A DNA stretch of 64,000 nt, taken from the NCBI GenBank assembly GCA_051003195.1, contig JBPCLP010000035.1, positions 1-64,000 of the forward strand, written 5' to 3'. Made by a program: the position numbers and the translations under genes. This document shows positions 19,533 through 29,166 of the stretch, one piece after another (position 1 is the stretch's first letter; every line of letters starts with the position of its first letter). The notes under the pieces are model-generated. The model saw nothing but the letters and a program-made list of their open reading frames with translations, searched no databases and had not been told where the DNA came from. The DNA is from Candidatus Sumerlaeaceae bacterium. Its GTDB lineage: Bacteria; Sumerlaeota; Sumerlaeia; Sumerlaeales; Sumerlaeaceae.

Positions 19533-20648
19533 CTAAAGAATGGTCCGTCCTTCAGCCGCGTTCAGCAACGCTGGTAGAGCAAATACAGCGGGCGCGCGGC
19601 CAGAGCTTTCCCGCAGACGGTGGATGAGGTTCGCGGCTTCAAGTTTCGAAAGAAGATTCCCTGCCGTGGCGCGGGTCGTAATGCGTGCCTGTTCGGCAAA
19701 ATCGCTGGCATTGATAACCGGATGATTGAAAAACGCATCCAGCGCCGGCACCGCGAACTGAGACCCAGTGAGCGAAATAAACTGCTGCTTTAAGGAGTTA
19801 TAGAGCTGCAAGATGTGCCGCACCTTTAATAGATTCGAGTCGGCCTGCTGAACGACCGCCTGTACAAAGAACTCAACCCAATGCTGCCACGTTTCGTATT
19901 TGGTTATGCTGAGCAGCGCATCATTGTACTCGTCACGCTTTGATTCCAGATACTCGGACATGTAAAACATTGGCCTGCTTAGCGCGTTGCGCTGGCAAAG
20001 CAGCAGAGGAATAAGCATGCGGCCAATTCGCCCATTGCCGTCTTTAAACGGGTGAAGTACCTCGAATTGACCATGCGCGATGGCCGCCTGCAGAACTGGA
20101 TCTTCGTCACTCCTGGCAAGATATGCCGACCATTCATCCATTGCGTGTTGGAGAAGCAACGGACTTGGCGGAACGAAACGGGCTTCCTCCAGCTTGCAGC
20201 CGGGACTTCCGATCCAGTTTTGGTCGTTTCGGAACTGGCCGGGGCTTTTGTTCTGCCCCCGCACTCCTTGCATCAGCCGCTGGTGTATAGCCTTTATAAG
20301 TGACTGTGAGATTGGGCGACTTGCCAGCTCTTGTTCTGCAAGTCGGAGTGCTGCTCGGTAGTTACGGATTTCTTCAATGTCGGCAAAGCGTGCCTTGTCC
20401 TGTTCAATTCCAGCATCCTGCTGCAGAACCTCTTCAAGTGTTGCCTGCGTTCCTTCGATTCTTGACGAAAGGACGGCCTCATTGGCACTTATGGGTGATA
20501 GCATTACGGCGGGATTTGGCAAAGTTTCAAGAATGCCGTCGTATCGGGCTATTGCGGCGTTCGCCCGGCTGACAAGCGGCAGCAAAGAGCGCCAGTTGAG
20601 ATCCTCAACCGGCAGCTTAGGCGGAATGCACGGCGCATTGGTCTTCAC
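19533..20648 (-). CDS. Fic family protein with a C-terminal HTH-like region
   Basis: HPFKDGNGRIGR catalytic motif; EAVLSSRIEGT inhibitory-helix motif. Confidence 0.93.
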   Translation of the reverse strand: MKTNAPCIPPKLPVEDLNWRSLLPLVSRANAAIARYDGILETLPNPAVMLSPISANEAVLSSRIEGTQATLEEVLQQDAGIEQDKARFADIEEIRNYRAALRLAEQELASRPISQSLIKAIHQRLMQGVRGQNKSPGQFRNDQNWIGSPGCKLEEARFVPPSPLLLQHAMDEWSAYLARSDEDPVLQAAIAHGQFEVLHPFKDGNGRIGRMLIPLLLCQRNALSRPMFYMSEYLESKRDEYNDALLSITKYETWQHWVEFFVQAVVQQADSNLLKVRHILQLYNSLKQQFISLTGSQFAVPALDAFFNHPVINASDFAEQARITTRATAGNLLSKLEAANLIHRLRESSGRAPAVFALPALLNAAEGRTIL

Positions 20649-21003
20649 AAGTGCCTATACAACTCTCGCCTCCGACAGAGGCTCATTGATCGAATTATGC
20701 GAAGATGCGGACGTTCGAGTCGGGCTAGTTGGTTGGTAGGCATCAGCGCTTCGTGGCGGTCGCTGATGCGAAAAGCAATTGGGAAACGGTTAAGAGTTAT
20801 GGTTACGGATTATGAGCGCGAACCTATATGGAAACTCGGGCACAGGCACGCGTTAATTCTGTCGGGTTTTATGGCTTCGGCTTTCAGGCGCTTTATGTAG
20901 CCAGAAGGGTCTCTAAGGGGTGCTGCGGGAATAGCATGTTGCCAAACGCTCGTGCTACAGTCCCCGGTATGATGCACCAAACCATAAAAGAAAAGATCCA
21001 CCG

Positions 21004-21096
21004 GTGTGCCGTCCCAAAGTTCATAGCCAACCTTCAGGAAGCTTGGAGCCCCGGACGGCACACAAAACCAGTGAACGAATTAATGGGACACGACAC
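21004..21096 (+). repeat. MITE-like repeat, copy 3
   Basis: GTGTGCCGTCCCAAAGTTCATAG...TGGGACACGACAC. Confidence 0.9.
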
Positions 21097-21144
21097 GCGC
21101 GTGCGACGCGCATCCAGTTACCGGGGGGTGAAAGATTACAGAAA

Positions 21145-21174
21145 GATTACCGCTATTCAAGTGGCGAAATTACC
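21145..21174 (-). repeat. Right copy of the 30-bp inverted repeat bracketing the island
   Basis: GATTACCGCTATTCAAGTGGCGAAATTACC; inverted match to 8247-8276. Confidence 0.85.
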
Positions 21175-21262
21175 AACTTGAACTTGAATAGATCGATACC
21201 GGCGACCAACTGTACGCCGACCCACACATTATTCGTGGTCATTCGTGAGATTCGTGGATAAA

Positions 21263-21419
21263 AGTCGCGGTACCGATCCGTGCCGCTGCTGGGTCGCTCC
21301 TTAACAGTCGCGGTACCGATCCGTGCCGATGCTTGGTCGCTCCTTAACAGTCGCGGTACAGATCCGTACCCATCCGTGCCGCTGCTGGGTCGCTCCTTAA
21401 CAGTCGCGATACTAATCCG
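21263..21419. repeat. Tandem 43-bp REP-like repeat cluster (about 3.5 units)
   Basis: Unit AGTCGCGGTACCGATCCGTGCCGCTGCTGGGTCGCTCCTTAAC starts at 21263, 21306, 21349 (10-bp internal duplication) and 21402 (partial); preceded by three ATTCGTG copies (21231-21256). Confidence 0.85.
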
Positions 21420-21563
21420 GCACACGCGCGGCACGGCGACTGTCCCGGCCGGCGGACTGTTTCCGGTCTTGACGCCTGCATTGCCAACCCGAAGAGTCTT
21501 CCATTTCCTGCCCGATGGATGTCAGGCAACGGTCGCTGGACCGCAGAAGTAATGAGGGATGGT

Positions 21564-22052
21564 ATGAAGATCAGGGTTTTTGTGTGGATGCTGTGGAGTG
21601 CGTTTTGTTGCGCCGCTTCAATTGCGCAGGAGGTAAGTACCACCTCCGCTACGGAAACGGCAATTGCCATCACTTCGGAGCCCGATACTACACAGTCGGA
21701 CACCCAGGAACCCACCCAGGAACCTGCGTCTGCCGATACGCCAGCCACCTCGAGCAAACAGTCGAGCCCCTCCCGCCCGAAAAAAGCGAAAACGGTTACG
21801 GCGAAACCTGGCGTTTTACAGCCAACCTTTGTCTATGTCGCCCCGAACTGCGACGCGTGCTCCGGCCTGCTGAAGTACCTGCGCCAGGCAGGCGTGGTAC
21901 TGTCGATCGACAAGGTAGATCGGGGTAATTGTACCGCGTTTCCCACCGTTATCTATTCCGATGGGCAGACCGATCATGGGGAGCGCATCTACACGCAGAA
22001 GGTGCCTTTACCCCGCAAGCTGCGCATCCAGGAGTGCGAATCCGGCGCATAG
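21564..22052 (+). CDS. Secreted protein with a glutaredoxin-like CxxC domain
   Basis: Signal peptide, Thr/Ser/Pro linker, YVAPNCDAC and FPTVI cis-Pro motif. Confidence 0.6.
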   Translation: MKIRVFVWMLWSAFCCAASIAQEVSTTSATETAIAITSEPDTTQSDTQEPTQEPASADTPATSSKQSSPSRPKKAKTVTAKPGVLQPTFVYVAPNCDACSGLLKYLRQAGVVLSIDKVDRGNCTAFPTVIYSDGQTDHGERIYTQKVPLPRKLRIQECESGA

Positions 22053-22130
22053 GCCTGGCGGACAGATAGTTACTCGATAATGCTTGTGTAGCACGGGACT
22101 TGCTTCGGACAGCGCTGGCATGAGCCACTT

Positions 22131-24536
22131 ATGACCACCTCGACCATCCTTCTCGTGGAAGACAATCCCCGCGATGTCTATGTCTTCCGTGAAGCAATCG
22201 CTACCGCCAGTGTGGGCACCAGCTACCGCGTCGAACACGCCGGTACGCTAAGCGAGGCATTGCGCCGGCTTGCGACCGACCAGTTTGACCTCATCATGCT
22301 CGACCTGACGCTTCCCGACAGCCGCGGATTCGAGACTTTTGAAAAAGTAAAAGCGCTGGCGCGCAGCACGCCCGTCATCCTGATGACGGCAGTCGAAGAC
22401 GAGCAACTTGCCAGCCGGGCGGTGCGCGCCGGGGCGCAGGATTACCTGGTAAAGTCGCAGCTCACCGCCGCGCTCATTTTGCACTGCATGCGGTATGCCG
22501 TCGAACGCCATAAGACGCGTGAAGATTTGAGGGTCAGCTCCGAAAAGCTTCAGCGACTCAACCTCAAACACCAGGCGGTTCTGCGCAGCACACCGAACGC
22601 TTTGTGCATGTTGAACTCCTATTGGAAAATAACCTACGCCAACGCCGCGATGGAGCAATTATTTGGCCCGGCGCTGGACGGCAGCTCTGAGGGTGTATCG
22701 GGCCTTGAGTTCTCGGACCTGTTCTTGTCCGAGCATGACTTCGAAGCCTATAAGGAAACGGCCATGGGTGCGGTTCGCATGCAGGGTCTCTACAGGCGTG
22801 AACTTCAACTGAAGACGCATTCGGGTCGCGTCCTGTGGTGCGACATTGCGCTGACTCGCATTGATCCTTCTGAAACAGCTTCGGGCTCTGCTGTCACCAT
22901 TACGGATGTCACCGCGCGCAAAGAAGCCGAAGCACAGCGTGAATGGCTCGCGGCGGCAGTTGAGCAGGCCAGTGAAGCCATCATCATCACGGATACAAGC
23001 TGGTCGATTGAGTACGTGAACGCAGCCTTTACTACCATGACGGGCTACACTCGCGCGGAAGTGCTGGGCACACGTCCTCATCTATCGCTTAACAGCGGCA
23101 ACTACGATGAGCTTTTCCGCAATACGGTCGCCGAAGCATTGAAATGCGACGGTCAGTGGCAGGGGCGGTTTACAAACAAGCGTCGCGACCAGAGCACGTA
23201 CGAGGAGGAAGTTTCCATACGTCCAATCTGCGATGAGGACGGTTTTCCCAAACATTACGTGGTGGTCCAGCGAGACATTACCCGCGAGGTCTCGCTGGAA
23301 ACCGATCTGCGCCAGTCGCAGAAGATGGAGGCGATTGGGTTGCTGGCGGGCGGTATCGCGCACGACTTTAACAATATTTTACAGGTTGTGATTGGCCAGG
23401 GCGATCTCCTGCTGTTCGGTCTTAAGCCCGGCGATCCGATGCGTGAGGACATGCAACGCATTGTCGGTGCAGGCAAGCGCGGTGCCGCGTTAACGCGTCA
23501 ACTGCTCGCCTTCAGCCGCAAGCAGGCCATGCAGGCGCAAGTCATGGACCTTAACAACGCCGTCAAAGAAGTAGGGCGGTTGCTTGAAAGGCTTATTGGC
23601 GAGAACATACGTCTTGAACTGGATCTGCAGGAGAGTCTCGCCCCGGTAAATGCCGACCCCGCTCAACTGGAGCAAGTGCTCATTAATTTAGCCATCAACG
23701 CGCGCGATGCCATGGCCGAGGGTGGGCGCCTGTTAATCCAAACAAGCAATTGCAGGCTGGATGAAGAATTTGCGCGTCAGCATATCGGGGTAGAACCCGG
23801 ACAGTACGTATACCTCGCTTTCGAGGACACCGGGGTTGGAATGGAGCCACAAGTCATGGCCCGAATTTTCGACCCGTTCTTTACCACGAAGGAACTCGGG
23901 CGCGGCACAGGGCTCGGCTTGTCCATGGCGTACGGCGTTATTCGCCAGTGCGGTGGGCACATCTTTGTGCAAAGCACAAAAGGCACGGGGACACGCTTCG
24001 ATATTTACCTGCCGCAAAGCGACGCAGCCGTCGAAGTGAACAAAACGCCCATCGTTCCGCAGGATGGCGTCGAGAAACACCATACCGTACTGCTGGTGGA
24101 AGACGAGCCTGACGTGTGCGATCTCGTGCGAATGCTGCTGGACCAGGCAGGCTATCACGTGCTCACTGCCAGTAACGGTGCGGAAGCGCTGCTGGTGGCC
24201 TCGTACTACCAGGGTCCAATTCACTTGCTGCTGACAGACGTGGTTATGCCAGAGAAGAACGGGCCTGAACTCGCGCAGGAGTTGCTGCGGGACAGGCCCG
24301 ATACTCGTGTCCTGTTTATGTCCGGCTACACAGAACACGCCGTCACCCAGCGCAATCTGCTGGCGCCGGGTACTCCTCTGATCCAGAAGCCATTCGGCCC
24401 GAGCGCGTTGATTCCTCGCATTCGCGAGATCCTGGACGACGTGGATTCTTCGCGGGAGGACCCATCCACGCCCTTAGCCCGTTCCAGTGTAAGCAGTCCG
24501 GCTGTTGAACGTGCGCTTTCCGAACGGCCAAACTGA
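22131..24536 (+). CDS. Hybrid sensor histidine kinase (REC-PAS-PAS-HisKA-HATPase-REC)
   Basis: LAGGIAHDFNNIL, NLAINARDAM, PFFTTKELGRGTGLGL, two REC domains. Confidence 0.93.
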   Translation: MTTSTILLVEDNPRDVYVFREAIATASVGTSYRVEHAGTLSEALRRLATDQFDLIMLDLTLPDSRGFETFEKVKALARSTPVILMTAVEDEQLASRAVRAGAQDYLVKSQLTAALILHCMRYAVERHKTREDLRVSSEKLQRLNLKHQAVLRSTPNALCMLNSYWKITYANAAMEQLFGPALDGSSEGVSGLEFSDLFLSEHDFEAYKETAMGAVRMQGLYRRELQLKTHSGRVLWCDIALTRIDPSETASGSAVTITDVTARKEAEAQREWLAAAVEQASEAIIITDTSWSIEYVNAAFTTMTGYTRAEVLGTRPHLSLNSGNYDELFRNTVAEALKCDGQWQGRFTNKRRDQSTYEEEVSIRPICDEDGFPKHYVVVQRDITREVSLETDLRQSQKMEAIGLLAGGIAHDFNNILQVVIGQGDLLLFGLKPGDPMREDMQRIVGAGKRGAALTRQLLAFSRKQAMQAQVMDLNNAVKEVGRLLERLIGENIRLELDLQESLAPVNADPAQLEQVLINLAINARDAMAEGGRLLIQTSNCRLDEEFARQHIGVEPGQYVYLAFEDTGVGMEPQVMARIFDPFFTTKELGRGTGLGLSMAYGVIRQCGGHIFVQSTKGTGTRFDIYLPQSDAAVEVNKTPIVPQDGVEKHHTVLLVEDEPDVCDLVRMLLDQAGYHVLTASNGAEALLVASYYQGPIHLLLTDVVMPEKNGPELAQELLRDRPDTRVLFMSGYTEHAVTQRNLLAPGTPLIQKPFGPSALIPRIREILDDVDSSREDPSTPLARSSVSSPAVERALSERPN

Positions 24537-24658
24537 AACTTTTTAGCACATTCGAATCTCACGAGTGCCTGCGAGCTGCTTCCGTCGGGGCCGCGCATCG
24601 GGTGGCTTTCAAATTGCTAATTGGGAAGCACGTTTTTCCACACAATAGGAGATTCAAA

Positions 24659-27199
24659 ATGAAGTTATCCGTATGCCTGGCTGCTGTGCTGTTGGCAAAT
24701 ATACCGCTTTATGCTCAGACACCTGCACCGCCAACCCCGGGAAGCGAAGAACAGCTTAAGGACCAGGAAAAACGTGACGAACGCAGAAAACAGAAGCGAA
24801 ACGCCGGTCCTGCAGAAGCAGCTGTAACTGAAACGCCAGTCGCGACCCCTGCGGCAGGTGGCGCAGTGGGCGCAACGCCCTCGGCAGAAAAGTCTACGCC
24901 TCCAGTCTCCGGGCCTGGGCCATCCCATGCGGCGCCGACGCCTGGAGCCGGTCCTGACGCAGCTCCGCCGCAGGAGTCGAACAAAGGCCGAGTTCGCCGC
25001 GAAGGACCGCGAGCGGGAGCGCCACTTGATCCGACCGCTGCAACGCCAGCATCCAGTCCTGTTTCTTCACCAACTGCAAGTCCCGCTGCGAGTGCACCCG
25101 CAACACCACGAACTGTTACGCCAACTGACCCAACCCCCGCAGCGGGTTCGCAGGGCTCGCAACCAGGCCCAGCCGTTCCGCCCGGCAACACGCAATCCGG
25201 TCCAGGGCGTTCTGCGCGCAGAGGACTTGATGAAGGTTCAAAGCCGGCAGGTACCGCCACACCCCTGACCCCTGCTGCATCGGCCGCATCGTCCCCATCG
25301 CCACCACCCCCAGCAGCCAGGGAAGACCGACGCGGCCGCCGTGACAACAGGCCGCCCGGCGGGCTTCAAACTCCGCCAACAACTCCGGAGCCAACCGCTC
25401 CTGCAAGTGCATCCCCTACGCCCGCAGACAGCGTACGCCCTGTATCGACAACACCGACTCCGCTGGGCAGACGTGAGACACCTTTTGTGCCCAGGGACCT
25501 GCCACGTGATCTCAAGGACAAGAAACCCCGCCCAAACCAAAACTCTGCAAAACCTGCGGACCAGCAATCGTCACCCGCACCGGCCGCTACTGCAATTCCG
25601 ACCGAGGCGCCGTCTGCTTCTGCCACGACTGCTCCTCCGGCCAATGCTGCGGGCGAAACCGCAAAGCCTGGTAAAGCGACGCCGTTCGTTCCGGCGGACA
25701 TGCCTGAGCGTCTGCGCGAACGCCGAGCCGGAAAACCGACGTCTGCACCAACCGCTTCGCCGGCTGCCGCTACTGCGACTCCAGCACCTACGTCCTCGCC
25801 TGCGCCGACTGCCGCTCCATCCGCGACGCGAACGCCGTCAGCCAGCGGCGCGCCGACGGACGCGAGCACGACAGCAGGCGCGAGTGCATCCGCACCCGGT
25901 GGCAGCCGACCAAAGGGACCTGCAATTGACGCCAGCACTGCACCATCCAGCGCATTGACCGGCCCGGCCGCTTCATTGCTGAAGCGCGACCGCGACAAAG
26001 GCCGTAAAAAAGACCCCGCTAAACTGCAGCTGACACCCTACGGACCGGCCAAGGCGGAAGGGACGGCTGGTCAAGCTGAGACGAAGGTGGATGTCGCGGT
26101 CTATAATCCGCCACCGGCGGGTGCCACGCCAACTCCCACACCCGCACCGGAACGCATCACGATTTCCAACACCAACATCAATAACATCATCCAAAACGTG
26201 ACGCTCGCGCCAACCCCTACGCCGGCTCCCACCCCCGGTGCGACGCCCGTCCCCACTCCGCCAAATGTCACACCAACTCCTACGGTGTTCGCGCCGGCGC
26301 ACAACTGGCGGCCCTTCCCTGGTTGGGCACCACAACCGGGCTGGCGGCCACCCGTGGGCTACGTGCCACCTGGTGGCTGGAGCCCACCCCCTGGCTGGAC
26401 ACCGCCCAACGAAGAGTGGCGTCAGCGGGTTCAGCAGTGGGGCTGGCGCTACATCGCGAGGCGTGGCTGGGTTGTCGATGTTCGTTGGGTGCCGCCGCCA
26501 GAGTTCGTCGTGCCACCAAACTGGTACTACATACCTACAGAGTCGTATGAAGACTACGGCTTCTACAATCCAGGTGAAGTGCTCGTAATGGCGGGCCGGG
26601 CTCGCCCAGACCTGATCGTAAATATAAACGTTGGGCAGCGCTATGTCCCGCCGCAACCGCCGCCGATGATTGTAGATGAAGCGCCTCCGCCACCACCGCG
26701 CGAAATCCCGCAGGCTCCGCCGCCGCCAATCCTTGTTGAGGACGTGCAGGAAGTTAGAGAGGTACTTACACGCACCCGTCAGCCCGGGGCGAACCGATAC
26801 GAGGGGCCGGTTCTCGTTACCGGGGCAATTCACTTCGATTATGACGATTACTCAATCAAGCCCGAGAGCTTCCCGGCACTGGACAAAATCGGCGAGGCAC
26901 TGACTCAGCCGCCGCTAGAGGAAGCCATCATCAACGTTGAGGGACACACGGACAGCGACGGTTCCGATGAGTATAACCAGAAACTATCGGAACGCCGTGC
27001 CTGGAGCGTGAAGAGTTATCTCGTTCAGAAGTTTGGTATGGATCCAAATCGTCTGGTCATCGTCGGCTATGGTGAACGTGCAGCTATTGCGACTAATGAC
27101 AATGACCAGGGCAAAGCGCAGAACCGACGCGTGGAGTTTGAAAACGTCACCGACCTCTACAGTGCACAGGTACTGGAGACGAGTGCGCAGGCACAGTAG
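24659..27199 (+). CDS. Secreted Pro/Ala/Thr-rich protein with a C-terminal OmpA-like peptidoglycan-binding domain
   Basis: AGGAG RBS, signal peptide, IHFDYD..VEGHTDSDGSDEYNQKLSERRA..NRRVEF. Confidence 0.88.
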   Translation: MKLSVCLAAVLLANIPLYAQTPAPPTPGSEEQLKDQEKRDERRKQKRNAGPAEAAVTETPVATPAAGGAVGATPSAEKSTPPVSGPGPSHAAPTPGAGPDAAPPQESNKGRVRREGPRAGAPLDPTAATPASSPVSSPTASPAASAPATPRTVTPTDPTPAAGSQGSQPGPAVPPGNTQSGPGRSARRGLDEGSKPAGTATPLTPAASAASSPSPPPPAAREDRRGRRDNRPPGGLQTPPTTPEPTAPASASPTPADSVRPVSTTPTPLGRRETPFVPRDLPRDLKDKKPRPNQNSAKPADQQSSPAPAATAIPTEAPSASATTAPPANAAGETAKPGKATPFVPADMPERLRERRAGKPTSAPTASPAAATATPAPTSSPAPTAAPSATRTPSASGAPTDASTTAGASASAPGGSRPKGPAIDASTAPSSALTGPAASLLKRDRDKGRKKDPAKLQLTPYGPAKAEGTAGQAETKVDVAVYNPPPAGATPTPTPAPERITISNTNINNIIQNVTLAPTPTPAPTPGATPVPTPPNVTPTPTVFAPAHNWRPFPGWAPQPGWRPPVGYVPPGGWSPPPGWTPPNEEWRQRVQQWGWRYIARRGWVVDVRWVPPPEFVVPPNWYYIPTESYEDYGFYNPGEVLVMAGRARPDLIVNINVGQRYVPPQPPPMIVDEAPPPPPREIPQAPPPPILVEDVQEVREVLTRTRQPGANRYEGPVLVTGAIHFDYDDYSIKPESFPALDKIGEALTQPPLEEAIINVEGHTDSDGSDEYNQKLSERRAWSVKSYLVQKFGMDPNRLVIVGYGERAAIATNDNDQGKAQNRRVEFENVTDLYSAQVLETSAQAQ

Positions 27200-27539
27200 C
27201 TAAGAACTTTGCAGTTGCTGCACACGGCGCGGGAGCAATGGCTCTCGCGCCGCTTTCTTTGGTGTCTCATCAAGCATGCACCCACCCTTGTCATTTTTTC
27301 ATGCCATCTGTTGCAGCTTTTCGCATGTAGAATTGACAAAGCGGCGGCACGCAAATGACCGCAGCCGCAATGCATATAAGAAAATTCATCCCAACGTGGG
27401 GCTACCTAAGTCCAACACAGCCGTCAGTTGAGCCGTAGCTGTGCAATCTGGTGTCGGACTCCAACAGAAGCCGTGGCACATGCGTTGCTCCGGATTCGCA
27501 GTGCCTGACACAATCTAAGAAAGCAGGAGGCTTACTATT

Positions 27540-28442
27540 ATGAGTAAGTTGAACACACTTGTCGCGGCCATTGCCCTGGCCGCCGGTGTTGCCGTGGCGG
27601 CTGAAACCGTCACGACGGAAAAATCCGAAACCCGCCAATCCACAGCGGGCGGAGTCACCCAGTCCACGACGAAAGTTACTGTGACTGAGTACACGCAGCA
27701 GACGCGCCAGGTCTACGTTTCGGCGGGGATCGAAGAAGCGAAAATTGCACGGCTGGTCGAACTCGATCGTAAAATCTACGAAGCATGGATAGCCGGCGAT
27801 CTCGCGGCTGTTAAGCGCCTTCGCGACGAACAACGTGCGATACTCGGACCGGACGAACTGCAGAAAGTGTACGTGTATTACCAGTCACATCCACTGCCAT
27901 CCACGTTCCCCGGCTATGTGGTAAACACGTGGGCTCCGTCTGGAACCTATCGTTCGGATATAACGCTGGGCAGTTCCACCATCACGCCCGGCAGCGCGTC
28001 GGTTAACATCAATAGCACAGACAAAACGGGTGCGATCAGCGGAAGCACAAGCACGGATCTCAAGACGAATACGGGCGGCGCCGCATCCAGCCCCAGTACT
28101 GCGGGTGGCAGCGCGACTGTGAGTGGCAGCACCAGCAGCAATACGAACCTCCAGGGCACCGGTACGAGTGCAAGCGGCAGTTCGAATCTCGGAACCACGA
28201 ATGCTTCAGGCTCAGGTGCGGCTGGTGCAAGCAGCAACCTCAGTGGCAGCAGTACGTCACCAGGCACTGGCGCAGCCAGTGGCACAACCGGCAACATGAC
28301 GAACTCCACGGGCAGCGCCGGATCCGGCACGATGTCGGGATCAACTGGCGCATCGACCGGGTCATCTGGCAGCAATAGCAGCGGAAGTGGCAGCACGTCC
28401 GGCGCAACGGGCGGCTCGAGCTCCGGAAGCAGTTCCCGTTAA
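27540..28442 (+). CDS. Secreted protein with a Ser/Gly/Thr low-complexity tail
   Basis: AGGAGG RBS, signal peptide, 300 aa. Confidence 0.75.
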   Translation: MSKLNTLVAAIALAAGVAVAAETVTTEKSETRQSTAGGVTQSTTKVTVTEYTQQTRQVYVSAGIEEAKIARLVELDRKIYEAWIAGDLAAVKRLRDEQRAILGPDELQKVYVYYQSHPLPSTFPGYVVNTWAPSGTYRSDITLGSSTITPGSASVNINSTDKTGAISGSTSTDLKTNTGGAASSPSTAGGSATVSGSTSSNTNLQGTGTSASGSSNLGTTNASGSGAAGASSNLSGSSTSPGTGAASGTTGNMTNSTGSAGSGTMSGSTGASTGSSGSNSSGSGSTSGATGGSSSGSSSR

Positions 28443-28468
28443 CAGTCCCTTGTTAACCAGCTAGTCAG

Positions 28469-28503
28469 GCGGCAGGCCAGTTCCGGCCTGCCGCACTTTA
28501 TTT
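28469..28503 (+). terminator. Rho-independent terminator
   Basis: GCGGCAGGCC-AGTTCC-GGCCTGCCGC followed by a T-rich run. Confidence 0.7.
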
Positions 28504-28585
28504 ATTGTTGCGCCTTGAGGGCGGTCCTGTAGACGCATCGGCTTAAGTACGCGTACTCAATTGATGCCAGGGAGGACCTGCCAGG

Positions 28586-28966
28586 ATGCAACGTGATGCC
28601 ATTCAACGCGAAATCGCCGAAATTGATGGTGAGCTTAACCGGGTGCTTGGATCTACTACGCTGCCCAGCCTTGAGGTGAAACCTTTTCCAAAGGGTACAT
28701 GGCTGCTGGCATTCCTGTCGGCAGCATGGTGGATGTTTGGCAGTGACTTGCCCGTAATTTCCAATTACCATAGCCAGTACGGCGACTGGGGAATGTACGC
28801 CGCCGTAGCCTTTGGAATACTTGGACTAATGACCACACTATCCTGGTTATTCCGTCGTCGCGGAGGAATGAGTACCGAGTACGCGCAAGCCAGCGAAAAG
28901 GCGCGTGTGCTGCAGGAGCGCCGGCGCGAACTACAGGTGGAGCTCAGGGAACTGGAGGCCGAATAA
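28586..28966 (+). CDS. Hypothetical 2-TM protein with coiled-coil ends
   Basis: 126 aa; GGAGG upstream. Confidence 0.65.
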   Translation: MQRDAIQREIAEIDGELNRVLGSTTLPSLEVKPFPKGTWLLAFLSAAWWMFGSDLPVISNYHSQYGDWGMYAAVAFGILGLMTTLSWLFRRRGGMSTEYAQASEKARVLQERRRELQVELRELEAE

Positions 28967-28992
28967 CCTGACTGCACATCGTTTTACCCCTA

Positions 28993-29086
28993 GTGTGCCG
29001 TCCCAGAAGTTCATAGCTATACTTCAGGAAGCTTTCGAGCTCGGACGGCACACAAAACCAGTGAACGAATTAATGGGACACCACCC
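28993..29086 (+). repeat. MITE-like repeat, copy 4
   Basis: Consensus-like copy preceded by CTA. Confidence 0.9.
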
Positions 29087-29166
29087 GGAGGTTCAAGCCT
29101 CATTAAATTCCGGGCCTTTGTTCTCATTTCAAAGCATGCACATCTTTTTTTAGTAAGAGCTCTCTC

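Larger units (their letters stand above)
8247..21174. mobile_element. Putative genomic/defence island downstream of tRNA-Ala
   Basis: Adjacent to a tRNA; AT-richer core; defence-type gene content (GHKL, HerA, DUF4268, Fic); bracketed by a 30-bp inverted repeat; no integrase seen. Confidence 0.65.

Noticed and set aside
20697..21261. Short ORFs around repeat copy 3 (also 27-452, 28905-29153, 49290-49499, 61323-61562)
   Set aside because: Their shared peptides (e.g. ELGRHTKPVNELMGH) are just translations of the repeat, with no RBS or domain support.
21263..21419. Possible CRISPR array
   Set aside because: The whole 43-bp unit repeats with no unique spacers, and there are no cas genes in the window.
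7860..21500. Classical integrase-driven element or prophage at tRNA-Ala
   Set aside because: No integrase, no visible duplication of the tRNA 3' end and no phage structural genes; the 'phage Gp37/Gp68' label alone does not imply a prophage.
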